Positions 13,797 through 27,437 of a stretch of DNA of 64,000 nucleotides are shown here, in pieces. A program made the translations under genes and the position numbers. Origin of the DNA: the human T2T-CHM13v2.0 reference genome, Homo sapiens; the NCBI RefSeq assembly GCF_009914755.1, contig NC_060941.1. One strand, 5' to 3'. Under the pieces are notes generated by a model. That model was given only the letters and a program-made list of their open reading frames with translations. It had not been told where the DNA came from and did no database searches. Positions within the stretch are counted from its first letter, which is position 1. Every line of letters begins with the position of its first letter.

Positions 13797-15823
13797 CAGT
13801 ACAGATTCTTATTTTTACTATTAAAAATTTCAAAGGTACCCATTGGGAATTGAACTACTATGTTTTTTCTTCTTTCTAGAGATTGTATACATGTTTCCTG
13901 ATAAGTAGTTTACCACATATTGCAGTAAACCAAAGCAGACAAATGACCAGTAAAGCTGTTTATTACCTCCTACTCATGCTCAGCTGGACCAGTGGAACAC
14001 CATCCCAGTAGGAGAGACTTAGGGCAGGAGAAAACTGCAGAGTCCCTACCTAACCCAGAGACCTAGCAAACTGGTTTATACAGAAAGGATTTTCAGCAAA
14101 CATGCAAATACACCAACATGTTATAAGAGCAAGATACCTTTTAGTCTATTTCTAGCAAACAGCATACATTCATAGGTACCCAGTAAAATAAGAATGAATG
14201 CCAACGTAGAAAGTATGTTTGCCTTCACAGCACTGACTAAAAAGCACACAGCATATAATACTTCGATCTTTAAGTGGGTAATCATGGAAGTTCCAAGATC
14301 ATACCTACTAGGTTAGCCTAAGTATTCATCTATAAAATTTTTTAAAAAACTAAATCTTAAAAGACACTTCTAGAGACAATGGGATTAGCAGAAGACAGTG
14401 ACACAAGGACTACAAATGTTAAAACGAGGAGTTGTTTTTTGCATGTAGCTTTTATGTAAAGGACATCTCTTTCCATTGATTCCTATGGCCAATACAAGCT
14501 GTGGTCATAGGAGATTCTGAAATCTCAAGATGGGCAGCTGGCTTGAATAACACCCTAGATAAATATCAGAAACTACACTGAAGTTGAAGGACTGAAACTC
14601 TGACTCATGTAAATAAGAGGTGTGAGTGCACAAAAAGATTCATGTAAAGCCTGCTGGGACAGAAGGTGTTGATGGTGGATTATTCCACACTGTTACACAC
14701 CAACATGTATACTGGAGGAAGGGGTCTCCCAGGTGGAATGATTGACACGGCCTGCTCCAGAGGAGTCAAACTCAAAAACACCTAAGAGAGGTGTCTACTT
14801 GAGGAGGGGAGGAGTACCAGGGTTACTAAATGGGGAGGATTACTAAGGTTAATTAATACCAAAAAAAAAAAAATACAATAAGGCGTTTCAGGAGAAATAG
14901 GTCCAGGAGGGTTAGGTCATTTTGGTTTTGACCTACTGATACTTAGTACGAATGAAGAATTCCAGAACACAGTCAGTCTTTCCAAGACATATTCTTCTGT
15001 CATCATCATGAGCAGACTCTGTTGGCTTATTGGGTTGGTGACATCCAGAATGATCCCATTTATTGGCTGGAGGTAGGATCTAGTGCTGCAGATTTTTCTG
15101 GAAAGTTGGTATAGATGATTTGCACAACAAAGTCACCACTGGACCACTGCTTAAGTCCAGTCCCCAGCCTTCTTTTTCTGCTCTATAGTCCAAAAACGTT
15201 TATCTAAAAGCCAAAACATTGGTAAAGGTGAGCAGCATGTCGCATATGTCACCAGCCACTTCATCTTTATGATACCGTAACATAGTTGTGAAAACTGCTA
15301 TGTTGAATCCAGGAATCTGCTACAGAGGTTATTCTTCAATATATTTTTTCTGCCAAAAAAATATATTTATTAAAAATAGGCATGTAGTTTAGTTTATTCT
15401 CTTCTGTGTCCTCAAAACTCCAGGTAGTACTTGTCTATGAAATTTCTCTGTAAAAAGTAGAACTTTTCATCCATGACAATGTCCTCTAATTATGCAACCA
15501 CAGCATCAAATTCTGCATCAGAGGCGGAGAAGGACAGATTGAAGCTCTCTTCTTCTAAAGTACCCATGGCCGCCTCTGCTGCCATCACCGCCCCCTAGTG
15601 GGCAAGCGGGCGAATTGGGCTCCTGCCCTGCCAGGGGTCCAACTCTTACAGAGGGCACGGCGGTCGGCCAGCTGGGAGCAAGCCTCGTGGCCCAGGCTGC
15701 CCCCCCGCTCACTGCCTGGCCAGGTGAGCACCTGCATGTCTAGCTTGGCCTCACGCTCCAGCTGTGGTCACGCAGCGCACCAGCTGGGCCTCTTCATCTC
15801 ACCAGGCTGCTCCGCACGCACCA
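13797..15823 (-). pseudogene. ARL2BP: Processed pseudogene of ARL2BP (ADP-ribosylation factor-like 2 binding protein, BART): 5'UTR, CDS remnant 15567-15080 and ~1.3 kb 3'UTR
   Basis: Minus-strand manual translation from the ATG at 15567: [157 protein letters not shown] (stop 15080-15082). This is colinear with ARL2BP and intronless, with four premature stops, two +1 frameshifts and an A-rich tail remnant near 13787-13796. The symbol is the parent gene; the specific ARL2BPP number is not determined. Confidence 0.95.
15586..15604 (-). promoter_or_regulatory. Near-consensus CTCF motif in the pseudogene 5'UTR
   Basis: caccgccccctagtgggca (minus strand TGCCCACTAGGGGGCGGTG) versus the CTCF core TGGCCACYAGGGGGCGCTA. 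Motif only, no binding data. Confidence 0.55.
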
Positions 15824-15828
15824 CCAGA

Positions 15829-15853
15829 GATGATGATGATGATGATGATGATG

Positions 15854-15894
<41 letters not shown>
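15829..15894 (+). repeat. Compound microsatellite (GAT)9(TAT)13
   Basis: Direct count; appears as D9Y13 in ORF 15598-16017. Confidence 0.97.
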
Positions 15895-15895
<1 letters not shown>

Positions 15896-16178
15896 TTGAG
15901 ACGAAGTCTCCCTCTGTCGCCCAGGCTGGAGTGCAGTGGCGCAATCTCGGCTCACCACAACCTCCTCCGAGATTCAAGCGATTCTCCTGCCCCATCTGCC
16001 AGAGTAGCTGGGATTAACAGGCTTGCACCACCACACCCAGCTAATTTTTGTATTTTTTAGTAGAGACGGGGTTTCACCGTGTTGACCAAGCTGGTCTTGA
16101 ACTCCTGACCCCAGGTGATCCACTCGCCTCGGCCTCCCAAAGTACTGGGATTACAGGTGGGAGCCACGGTGCCCGGCC
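15895..16178 (-). mobile_element. AluSx-like element
   Basis: Antisense Alu ending 'gcccggcc'. TSD c[a/g]ccagagat at 15822-15831 and 16179-16188. Confidence 0.95.
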
Positions 16179-17199
16179 CGCCAGAGATTATTTAAAGGTA
16201 TTTACATCTTTGCAAATTTCTTTGATGAGTACTTACCTTCAAATATCACTCTTTGTGAGTTCAAGTTTATTTTTCCTGAAGCACATCTTTTAGAAGTTTT
16301 TTCAGTGAATGCTAAAAATCCCTTAGCTTTTGTTTTCTGAGAATAACAGCATGTGGTGCTTCACAACACATTACTCTGACGACAACTCTAGGAGCAGGAT
16401 TATCTTTAGGTTACAGATAAGGACATGTTGCTCAGAAAGGTTATCTTACATCTCCATCAAGTAATGGAGGAAAGCAAGACTCTAAGTAGATCAGTTTGAC
16501 TCCAATGCTCCAAACCTAATTTCCCAATGCACTGGGAAGGAAAGTCAGGTAGGGATGGGATGGGAGGTGGTGAATTCAACAGTCACGTAGAACTGATCTC
16601 TCAGGCATGAGAGTGCTAAACAGCAGCTGTAGTCCCTGGAGACTTAGCTACTTCCTGGGCATTGGTTTAATATTATTTCTTAAAGGAGAAAGAAAGAGAA
16701 AGAAACTGGCTATCCATTTTAAACTCATACTTGCTTAGAGTCAGCTGGCTCTCAGGCTAGTCAACAAACCTTGTTATAATACATAGTTCTAGCTTCCATC
16801 TGCCTCCTCAGAGCAAATGACATTATCATAGGGTTTTGTTTTGTTTTTATCATTAAACAACCATCAAACATAAGTATTCAACTTGTGTGGGTTTTTTTGT
16901 CCCTCCTTTGGTCACCAGGAACTTTTGGCTTGCTCTGCTTAGAGAGCTCTTTCTGATTTTCTCAAGACATTGGTGTTCTGTGCCTCTTGTGTGTCCTGGT
17001 GAACTCCATTTACTATACTGTAATTTGAGAAGAATTGAGACAAGAGTTATGAAAAGTGAAAGGAGATCATAGGTTGGAGTTACATGTCGAAGCTCCCTCT
17101 TACTCTGTTGGGTTTTACACGCATCCTCAACAACAGTCGATATAGGCCATTTGTAGTGTCAAGTGCCAAGATTTTGCTCACATAAGTTTATCTGTCCAA

Positions 17200-17485
17200 A
17201 ATCTTTGCTGCTTCCTGCCTGCCTGGGAAAATGCCATCCATGCTCTCAGAGTGGCCCAATTCTCACCTCCAGGATAGCTTTCCTTCTCCCACTCATGCTG
17301 CTCCCTCCCAATATGCACAAATTCAGTTCACAGTGCTATCTACTGTTCCTGTCATCTTTATCTTTTCTTCTTCAGTAGCTTATGAGCTCCTCAAAAGAAG
17401 GGAGTATTTCTTTTTAAACTCTTACGGTAATTGACCAAACTAACAGCATGGTGGAGGTGCCAATAAATTTCTGCTGATTCAGTGA
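17200..17485 (+). mobile_element. L2 3' fragment
   Basis: 'tgagctcctcaaaagaagggag...ggtgccaataaatttctgctgatt' resembles the L2 3' end. Confidence 0.5.
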
Positions 17486-17544
17486 CTCTGTGTCTAGTAA
17501 TGATATTGCTTGTTCTACCACCCCATGAGAATATGTGAACATGT

Positions 17545-17770
17545 AGAATAGAGAAGATAGGATTTTAGAATCACATAGAGCTAGGTTCAAGTTTCAGATC
17601 ATTGCTCAGTAGCTATACAACCTTGGGTCATTTTCACACATGAGTGAATCTTAGAGTTTTTATCTATAAAATGAACCTTCAAGGATCATTGAGGATTAAA
17701 TGAATTATGTGTCTAAAAGTGCCTAACGTTGAACTGGTATATAGTAAAGGCTCTAAACATGTCAATATTT
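17545..17770 (+). mobile_element. MIR
   Basis: MIR core: 'ggttcaagt...tagctatacaaccttgggtca...tctataaaatg...gaggattaaatga'. Confidence 0.75.
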
Positions 17771-17892
17771 CTCATGTCTCCAAGGAAAAAGATTTCTTAG
17801 TAAATAGCCTCTAATCATCAAAGGTTCCTAAGGAGCAACATCATAGAAGGCACTCTATGCAAATGTATGCTCTTAATCTCAGCCCCATATTA

Positions 17893-18315
<423 letters not shown>

Positions 18316-18717
18316 ATCTGAGAATCATGGCAACAGAATGAACTTGTATCACATCAATGTCATTACAGTCATGATTCCAGTGCTCCTCATGGGCAAGACC
18401 GCTTCTCATAGAATTCTCTCTTAACAGTGATTTCTTCCTGTTTATACTGCATGTTACAGAAACTGGCGGTATTTATCTTGCAGCTACATGGATTTATATT
18501 TTGTCAAACTATTAACCATTTTGGGAAATAAATCACAAAAAGTTGGAAATAATCTAAATGTGGATCCATAATGGATAAGTGATTTTCTGGTAAAGTCATG
18601 TGATAAAATGAATTACTAGTAATTTAATAGTTAATATGAATCACTAGACCCACATGTGTCCACGTGGATCGGTCTCAAAAACACTGTTGAATGAAACAAG
18701 GAGTTTCGGAACATTTA

Positions 18718-18952
18718 CGGTTGTCCCTCAGTACATGCAGAGGACTGCTTCCAGGGAGCCTGAGTATACCAAAGTCTGAGCACATTCAAGTCCCATAGGC
18801 AGCGCTGTGAAGCCTGTATATACGAAAAATTGGCCTTCCATATAGGCTGGTTTCACAACCTGCTAATATTGTATTTTCAATCTGTGTTTGGAAAACATCT
18901 GCATCTAAGTGGAGCCACACGTTTCAAACTCATGTTGTTCAAGGGTCAACTG
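18718..18952. mobile_element. MER8 (Tigger-family MITE) inside an old L1ME 3' fragment
   Basis: TIRs cggttgtccctc / aagggtcaactg, flanked by TA on both sides; 235 bp. Confidence 0.88.
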
Positions 18953-20269
18953 TACATACATTTTTAAAAATACAAAACAGTATTACATATTGGTCTTAAG
19001 ATTTTATATATAGTGAAAATAAAAACACATGGACTAGAAAGATTCATGCAAAGTTAACGATAGAATTGGCATTGAGTAAGGGGAATAGGATTAGTGAGGT
19101 ATAGAGAGATTTCAACTTAAATGAAAAATAAGTAAAAAGAAATTTGCTAATTTCACAATTATTAAATTTCTATAGTGGATACATAGATGTTAGCAATATT
19201 ATTCTCCATGCATTTTTATTTAATTTTTTTCCAAAATATTCAAATAAATTATTTGAAGTCTGTGTCTCAAAACATTGTGAGAGTAATAAAATAACCATAA
19301 AGTAACTAGTGACAGAGATAATAAAGCAACATAAAACAGCAAAAGAAAAAAATATGAGTCAGTTGTGATTTCTGTAATTACATGATGGAATTTTGTGGTT
19401 ATTTGGGGGAAACAAAGCTCCATTCCCACATGTAAAAGTGTTATAAAACAGCAGCTTGAGGTTTCAAGGGCACCTTGCTTTTGATAGGTGTGTCTTTTAA
19501 AGGGTTTTTCGGAATAACCTTTCCAAGACTCATTCTAACTCCTAAAGCATTCAATCAAATTACACACAAGCAGAACCACCTGAACTTCACAATTACCCTG
19601 TCCTATAACCTTCAGGATACAATAACCCTCATTGTTAATGTCTAGCACTTCATAAACCAGAGATAGCAAGTTGGAAGAGATCTAACAATGACCCCTATCA
19701 AGTGCCATTTATTGGATTGAACATATTAAATACATATTAATACATCATTGTACTTCACTGTAATGCTATGAGATCCTGACCTACCCATTTTACAGATGAG
19801 GAAATAGATGCTTATGAGATTAAGACTCATAGCCGAAATGGAGTGGATGCAATTTCTAACATGTGTCTGAGTTCCCTTAGCCACAGTTCAGCCTCACTCC
19901 TCCCCTTTCACTTGCTAACAGGGAAAAGGTACAGGATTAGGCAAGAGCAAAATAAATTATTTTGGAGGCAAGAAGGCAGTTACTTGTGTCTTAAGTGGTG
20001 GGAGTGAGTTACCAGAAAAGAGAAATCAAATTGCCTTTGCATGGCTAATAATGTAATGTCTATAGTTCTTAAATCACTTATTCAACATGTGTGAAGCAAC
20101 TGACTGGAATCTAAGCTGAGGGTGCTGACTTGATTGATTTTACCTTGTTAGCCCGAAGTTCCTCAGCCCTACAGGGGCTCACCCTATACTTTACCCCTAG
20201 CTGAGCCTCAGGCAAGAGCTCAATGGTGTTCCTAACAGTCCCCGCAATGCACCTGCAGTTTCAGCTCAA

Positions 20270-20561
20270 TTTTTTTTTTTTTTTTTTTTTGAGATGGAGT
20301 CTCGCTCTGTCGCCCAGGCTGGAGTGCAGTGGTGAAATCTCAGCTCACTGAAAGCTCCACCTCCCGGGTTCACGCCATTCTCCTGCCTCAGCCTCCTGAG
20401 TAGCTGGGACTATAGGGCACCCGGCTAATTTTTTCGTATTTTTAGTAGAGACAGAGTTTCACCGTGTTAGCCAGGATGGTCTCGATCTCCTGACCTCGTG
20501 ATGTGCCCGTCTCAGCCTCCCAAAGTGCTGGGATTATAGGTGTGAGCCACCGTGCCCGGCC
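20270..20561 (-). mobile_element. AluY
   Basis: Y diagnostics 'aagctccacctcccgggttcacgccattctcc' and 'cgtgttagccaggatggtctcgatctcc'. TSD tcagctca at 20261-20268 and 20562-20569. Confidence 0.96.
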
Positions 20562-22811
20562 TCAGCTCAGTTTTTTTGACCGTCAGGTAACTAGTGAGAG
20601 GCAGAGAAGTGTCTCGAACAATTTTCAACACTCCAAAAACCCATAGTCCTGCATACCTCACTGACTTTCCCATTTACACACTTGCAAACACAAAGGAATC
20701 TTAATTAACATCTGCCCATAGAGAGAAACCTGAAAAATAATCTTCAGGGACTAATCATAAACCTCTTTTATCTCATGTTGAGTTCTCTATGAGATACTTA
20801 GAATTCATGGAACTTCTGAAACATTTAATAGCAAAGAAACAGCTTGACTTGCTTTTCCCAGTCTCTGCATTTGCCCAAGCATGATTGTCTCAGTTCACAG
20901 GAGGCAACAAACCCTTTGGTTTGCACTTAACTGATGTGCATTTCCTAATCAAATCTCAGAGAAATAAAGACAGAGGGGAAATTGAGACACAGAGTTTGAG
21001 GCAGTCAGCTCTGAAAGCTGCATTCCCACTAGCCCTATAAGATTTGTTGATAGGGAAGAAGGCATTAAGTGGAACCAGAGGCCCCAAATGATCGCAGTCA
21101 TGCTTCCTAAATTTGGGGTTCCAAACACCAAAAGAAAGCTTTGCCACTGAGTTTGTCAATTAATTTCTCAAGCCCAAAGGGGATTTAAGAGACGATTAAG
21201 CCATATGGTGCTGATTCGTTTACACTTCATTCAGTAATATGCTGTTTAGGAAGTAAGGTTTTGTGGGGGAAAAAAAAGGCAGAAAAACTTTGAAGTGTCT
21301 TTTTAATACTAGTAAAGATTTATTTGTTTCATAATAGTAAAGTGGAGATTATTTTCCCAAAAGTAATTCAAAGCTCATCTCCCTTAACACCTTAAAGCTA
21401 AGTTAAAGTCAGAAACATCTGGGTTTGAGCTGACGCTGTGCTCAGCACACCTTTAGTAGGATCGGGAAACTCAGGTTTCTAGAGGACTCCAAATTACAAG
21501 GCTTTGAAAAGAGAATATTCAGAATAAAAGCTTAAGGGCAGTGCTGATGAAATTACATTTACTCTCATTTACTCCAGGATTTTTTCCCCACCCTGTTCTT
21601 GGTGGGAGCAAGTCTGATGTATCCAGTTGTTAAGGGATGAAGTGTGGAGCATGGAGAAGAAACTTTTTAGTATGTTGCTGCACATTGCTCTTGTAAGAAG
21701 TAATGAGACTTAAGAACCTGGAGCTAGCATAATCTCCACCATTCCACCATTTTCCTTTACCCCACTTCTCCCAGTCCCCACTCCATTTCACCCCTCCACA
21801 TTCCAAATTATTCTCAAGTTTCTGAAGGCTGGGGTGGAACTGTTAACAGAGTGTTATGTCTGCAGAAAAAAAAAATGTCCTAACAGAAGAAACCCTGTAT
21901 TTTTCCTCACGTCATAAAGCCTATATTTTCCTTTCATAGATTTCTAACCTATGAAGTTTTATGTAGAGTGCACTAGAATGGGCAGCATTTAGAAAGATTA
22001 CGGCTGCTTCCTGGAAGTTGACTTAGAGGAGGGCAGAGGTGGTATGTCACACGTCCTTTCTCTAAACTTATTTAACCCTCTTTTTATAGACAAAAGTTTT
22101 TCTAAGGTAGTCTCAGAAATGCAGTTACATACAATAGAGTGAGATCAAAATATGTATCAGATGGAATGCTGGGTTGATAGCAATAGTCGTGACCATATAT
22201 AGTATAAGATTCTCCCTGAATCCTCTCATTAAAACAGATGGAGCAACTAAAATAGCAAAACAAAAGTCACACAGGTGACATCCATAACAAAACGATGTAA
22301 CAACGTTACTGCCATGAGCCGCAAAATATATACAGGTGAAGAAAGACTGCTTAGAGCCAAAAGGTCCTTGTAATATCAGCATTTATTTGGAATGAGGCAA
22401 AGGGAAATCACTGGACATCATGCACACCTGAGAACAGGAGAGCCCCAAGTTTGTCCACAGGTACTCACTGCAGAGCACACACAGCAGGCCTAATGGGAAG
22501 AGAAGCAAACTCTGGGAGAGAGTTTGCACTCTTCCTCATAGTCATCTGTACCAGGAATCCGCAAAGAGATCTGAAAGCACTGGAAGAAATATGGACCACA
22601 TGCACTCTCAAAACTAATAAACCAAAGCCCCCTTTGAGGACAAAACCCCATACTCAGGGAAACTGCTGGAAAATGAATTCCAATTGAACCCGGCAGGAAC
22701 AATAGGTGCACAGGAAAAAAAGGTAACACTGATAAAGATAGGGGAGCACCACAGAAGAGGCAGTTCTCAGAATAGACAATGTTTTTATACTGAGTAGAAA
22801 GGAATAAAAGA

Positions 22812-24550
22812 AGCAAATAAAATACCTAGGAATATACTTTTGCCTCACTAAGGAGGTGAAAGACCTCTACAAGGAAAACTACAAAATACTGCTGAAATAA
22901 ATCATAGATGACACAAACAAATGGAAATGTATTCCATGCTCAATGGATGCATAGAATCAATATTGTGAAAATGACCATACTGCCAAAAGCAATCTACAGA
23001 TTCAATGCAATTCCCTTCAAAATACCATCATCATTCTTCATGGATCTAGACAAAATAATTCTAAAATTCATATGGAATCAAAAAAGAGCCCTCATAGCCA
23101 AAGCAATAATAAGCTAAAAAAAAGAAAAGAAAAGAAAATCTAGAGGCATCACATACTCAAATTCAAATTATATTAAAAGGCTATAGTTACCAAAGCAGCA
23201 CGGTACTAGTATAGAAATGAAACAGAATAGAGAATCTGTAAATAAAGCCAAGTACTTACAGCCAACTCATCTTCAACAAAGCATGCAAAAACATAAATTT
23301 GGAAAAGAACACTCGATTCAATAAATGGTGCTGGGAAAACTGGCAAGCCACATGTGGAAGAATTAAACTGCATCCTCATCTTCCACCTTATACAAAAATC
23401 AACTTAAGATGGATCAAAGACTTAAATCTAAAACCTGAAATCATAAAAATTCTAGAAGATAACATAAGAGAAACTCTTCTAGACATTAGCTTAGGCAAAG
23501 ACTTCATGACTAAGACCCCAAAAGCAAGTGCAACGAAAACAAAAATAAAATAGAACCTAGTTTAACTAAAAAGCTTCTGCACAGCAAAAGAAATAATCGG
23601 CAGAGTAAGCAGACCACCCACAGAGTGGGAGAAAATATTTACAAACTGTGTATCTGACATAGGACAAATATCTAGAATCTACAAGGAATTCAAACAAATC
23701 AGCAAGAAAAAAACAATTTTATCAAAAAGTGAGCAAAGGACATGAATAGACAATTCTCAAAAGAAGATATACAAACAGTCAAGAAACATATTTAAAAAAT
23801 GCTAAACATCATTAATTATCAGGGAAATGCAAATTAAAAACACAATGAGATACCACCCTACTTTTGCATAAATGACCTTAATTAAAAAGTCAAAAAACAA
23901 TAGATATTGGCATGGATGTGGTGAAAAGAGAACCCTTTTACACTGTAGAAATATAAACTAGTAGAACCACTACTGAAAGCAGTATGGAGATTCCTCAAAG
24001 AACCAAAAATAGAACTATCATTTGATCCACCAATCCCACTGGGTATCTACCCAAAGGAAAACAAGTCATCATGTGAAAAAAGACACATGCGTGCACATGT
24101 TTATAGCAGCACAATTGGCAATTGCAAAAATTTGGAAACAACCTAACTGCTCATCAGCCAATGAGTGGATAAAGAAAATGTGATACATATACACCATGGA
24201 ATACTACTCAGCCATAAAAAGAAACGAAATAATGGTTTTTGCACAACTTGGATAGAGCTGGAGGGCATTATTCTAAGTGAAGTAACTCAGGAATGGAAAA
24301 CCAAATATTGCATGTTCTCACTTGTAAGTGGGAGATAAGCTATGAGGATGCAAAGGCATAAGAATGATAAAATGAACTTTGGGGACTTGGGGGAGAAGGT
24401 TGGGAGACAGTGGATGATAAAAAATCTACACACCGTGTGCAGTATACAACCGTCAAGTGATGGGTGCACCAAAATCTCAGAAGTGACCACTAAAGAACTT
24501 ATCCATGTAACCAAAAGCCACTTGCACCCCAAAAACTATTGAAATAAAAA
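22812..24550 (+). mobile_element. L1PB 3' ~1.7 kb (ORF2 C-terminus and 3'UTR)
   Basis: ORFs 22908-23117 ([21 protein letters not shown]) and 23299-23553 ([13 protein letters not shown]). 3'UTR 'gatgcaaaggcataagaatgat...gggtgcaccaaaatctcagaa'. Confidence 0.93.
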
Positions 24551-24554
24551 TTAA

Positions 24555-25385
24555 TCATTTTCAAAAGTGGGCAGAAGACATGAACACACTTTCCAAAAGA
24601 AAACACAATAGTGGCTAACAAGCATATGAACAAATCAGCATCACCAATCAGCACAAAAATGCAAATTAAAACCACAATGAGATACCATCTTACACCAGTC
24701 TCAGTAGCTATTATGAAAACATCTAAAAACAATAGTTATTGGCAAGGATGGGGAGAAAAGGGAATACTTATATGCTGTTGGTAGGAATGTAAATTAATAC
24801 AACCTTTAGGGAAAACAATATAGAGATTTCTCAAAAAACTAAAAATAGAGCTACCATTCAATCCAGAAATCCCACTACTGAGTATATACCCAGAGGGAAA
24901 GAAATCATTATATCAGAAAGATACCTGCACTTGTATGCTTATTGCAGCACCATTCACAATAGCAGAGATAGAGAATCAACCTACGCGTCCATCAACAGAG
25001 AAAGGGATAAAGAATATGTGGTACATATATACAATGGAATACTACTCAGTCATAAAAAAGAATGACTTCATGGTTTTTGTAGCAACATGGCTGGAACTGG
25101 AGGTCATTATCCTCAGTGAAATAACTCAGAAACAGCAAGTCAAGTATTGCATGTTCTTATAAGTGAGAGCTAAACAATGCATCCACATCAACATACAAAA
25201 TGGAATAATAGACATTGAAGAGTATGAAAGGAGGGGATGGGAGAGGGATGAAGGTTGAGAGTTGAAAAATGACCTATTGGGTACAATGTTCACTACCTGG
25301 ATGATGGGTAGACTAAAAGCCCAGACTTGACTATTACACAATATATGCATGTAAGAAACCTGCACTTATACTCCTAAATATATAT
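24555..25385 (+). mobile_element. Second L1 3' end (L1PB4-like), head-to-tail with the previous element
   Basis: ORF 24935-25162 ([11 protein letters not shown]). Distinct 3'UTR 'cctattgggtacaatgttcactac...ctaaaagcccagactt'. Confidence 0.88.
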
Positions 25386-25980
25386 TAATTGGTTATTTTT
25401 TAAGTATAAAGCCCACAGACAAACTGTTATGAACATGCAATAATTTGTGGAATATAATTCCTTTACATCTTTCCTGAGGATTATTTAAGCTGAGGACAGA
25501 TGGCTGAGTATCATCTAGGCTGAGAGATTTACATTGAGACTTTCCAATTACATTGAGTAGAGCTTTTACAGTTCTCTGGAAGATTTCAAATTGTAAAGGT
25601 CATAGTATGACTTCTTAATGTAGTGCTAAAATATTATTGTCAAAACCTCAATCTGACAAGAGTAACTAATTTAATGTTACAGAAAGACAATAATGCAACA
25701 GTGTTTGCCTATTTTATAATTGACTCTCAATAAAACATTGCTTTCACTATTCTTAGTTGGACTATTCTCCATTTATTCAAATCAGCCCAATATTGTATTA
25801 AAAGGCATACATATGCTTATTTTAAAATATCTTGTAGACATATATTCACATCCTTTAAAAGGAAAATTATGAGACATTTATAATTAAATACCTAATTTTA
25901 ACATTATAAGCAACACTTTCAATTATAATGTCCACTTAGGTTAATAAACATTTTGCCTTTTGGAAAAGAAAAAGGAAACA

Positions 25981-26260
25981 GGCTTTGCACTAGCTGTTTC
26001 TCTATCTTGGACACCACACTCTCCCCACTGATACCCACATGGCTCATTTCCCCATCTCTTTTAAGTCTTTTCTCCTCAGTAGGAACTTCTATATCACCCT
26101 ATTTATAACTGAATTCTACTTTTTTGTGTCCACACACTGCTCACTAGAACATAACATGAATTAGTCTATTTTGCTCACTAATTTGTCTCTAGTGCCTAGA
26201 AAAAGTGTCTGGCATGTAGAAAGCACTCAACAAATGTATTTGAATTTGAAAAATAGATAA
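25981..26260 (+). mobile_element. L2a 3' end
   Basis: 'ggctttgcactagctgtttc', 'agtgcctagaaaaagtgtctggcatgtag...ctcaacaaatg'. Confidence 0.75.
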
Positions 26261-26666
26261 TTGGTCAAGGAGGGTTCTGGATGATCTCAAAATATCTTTG
26301 TGACTAAGGGTGAAAAGTCATATTGCAAAGTATTGGTTTGTTTTTACTTGAGAAGTCTTAGAATCCTACATGAAACTAGAGACTATTCTCTTATCCTTGT
26401 TATATAGATGAGAAAACTTATATTCAAAGATGTTAATATTGCTCATCTAAGGTCATGTAATGGTGGGGGACACTTACTCTGAGCTGAAGTCTTTGGGTAC
26501 CAAATTCAGTGTTCTTACCACTGTAGCAGTTAATTCTTAGTAATATATTTGGTCAGTGGAGCCCTCAGATGTTATTATGAGCTCTAAAAATTCAACTTCA
26601 CATAAGTATGAAAATAAAGTAATCTTCAAGAAAAACACAACAAAAACAAAATATTAGGAGACAGCC

Positions 26667-26899
26667 TAGTATCCTCAACTGGAGGGGGTTTTGCTTCACC
26701 ATCCCCACCCCCACAGAGGACATTTGGCAATGTCTGGATACATTTTTATTTGTCACAATTGAGAAAGTACTACTGCATCTAATGGGTAAAGGACCATGAT
26801 GCTACTAAACATTCTACAACACATAGGACATCCCCCACCCCCTACAAAAAAGTATTATTAAGCTCAAGATGTCAATGGAGCTAAAATTGAGAAACCCTA
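26667..26899. mobile_element. MER20 (hAT-Charlie MITE)
   Basis: 'ggacatttggcaatgtctgga', 'tactgcatctaatgggtaaagg', end 'ttgagaaaccct'. Confidence 0.88.
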
Positions 26900-27437
26900 A
26901 TAACCTAAGACTTGTTTAATCTGTTGAATATCAAGCAAGACTAATGCATCATGATAATCAGTGTAAGAATAGAACAATTCTCATCACATTACCTTGAATC
27001 ATTTAGTTCATCGCTTTAGTTTTAAACATTATTATTTAACCAATGTACTTTGCTTACATATAAAACCCTTTAATTGGCATTTAATTACCACTCAATTCCT
27101 TTTCTTGTAATTAACTCATTAAGCATCTTACTATGTAAAAACAACACTAAGCAAATGAGCTAATTAGTGTCTAATTATCAGTTACTAAAGATTACTACAA
27201 ATGACTTACAAATAGCTAGTTTCTTTACTACTACGGGGAATTCCTATTGTTAACCTTAAGTAATTGACTGCAATTTGTACAGCATGGTGTAGACATAAAC
27301 TGCATGACTGTTAGAGCTGAGACAAAAAAATCTTTTATCACTTCCTGAAAAAAGAAGTGCATTAGCAAAAGGATTTTTGGGATTCATGATCCCATGACTT
27401 CATCCGTCATGCAGCAGAGCCTGTAATGAGGAGTGGC

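Noticed and set aside
15080-15567. Functional ARL2BP retrogene
   Set aside because: Stop at codon 26, three further stops and two frameshifts.
15598-16060. ORFs with poly-Asp/poly-Tyr or poly-Met/poly-Ile tracts
   Set aside because: Artefact of the (GAT)9(TAT)13 repeat plus antisense Alu and the antisense of the pseudogene 5'UTR.
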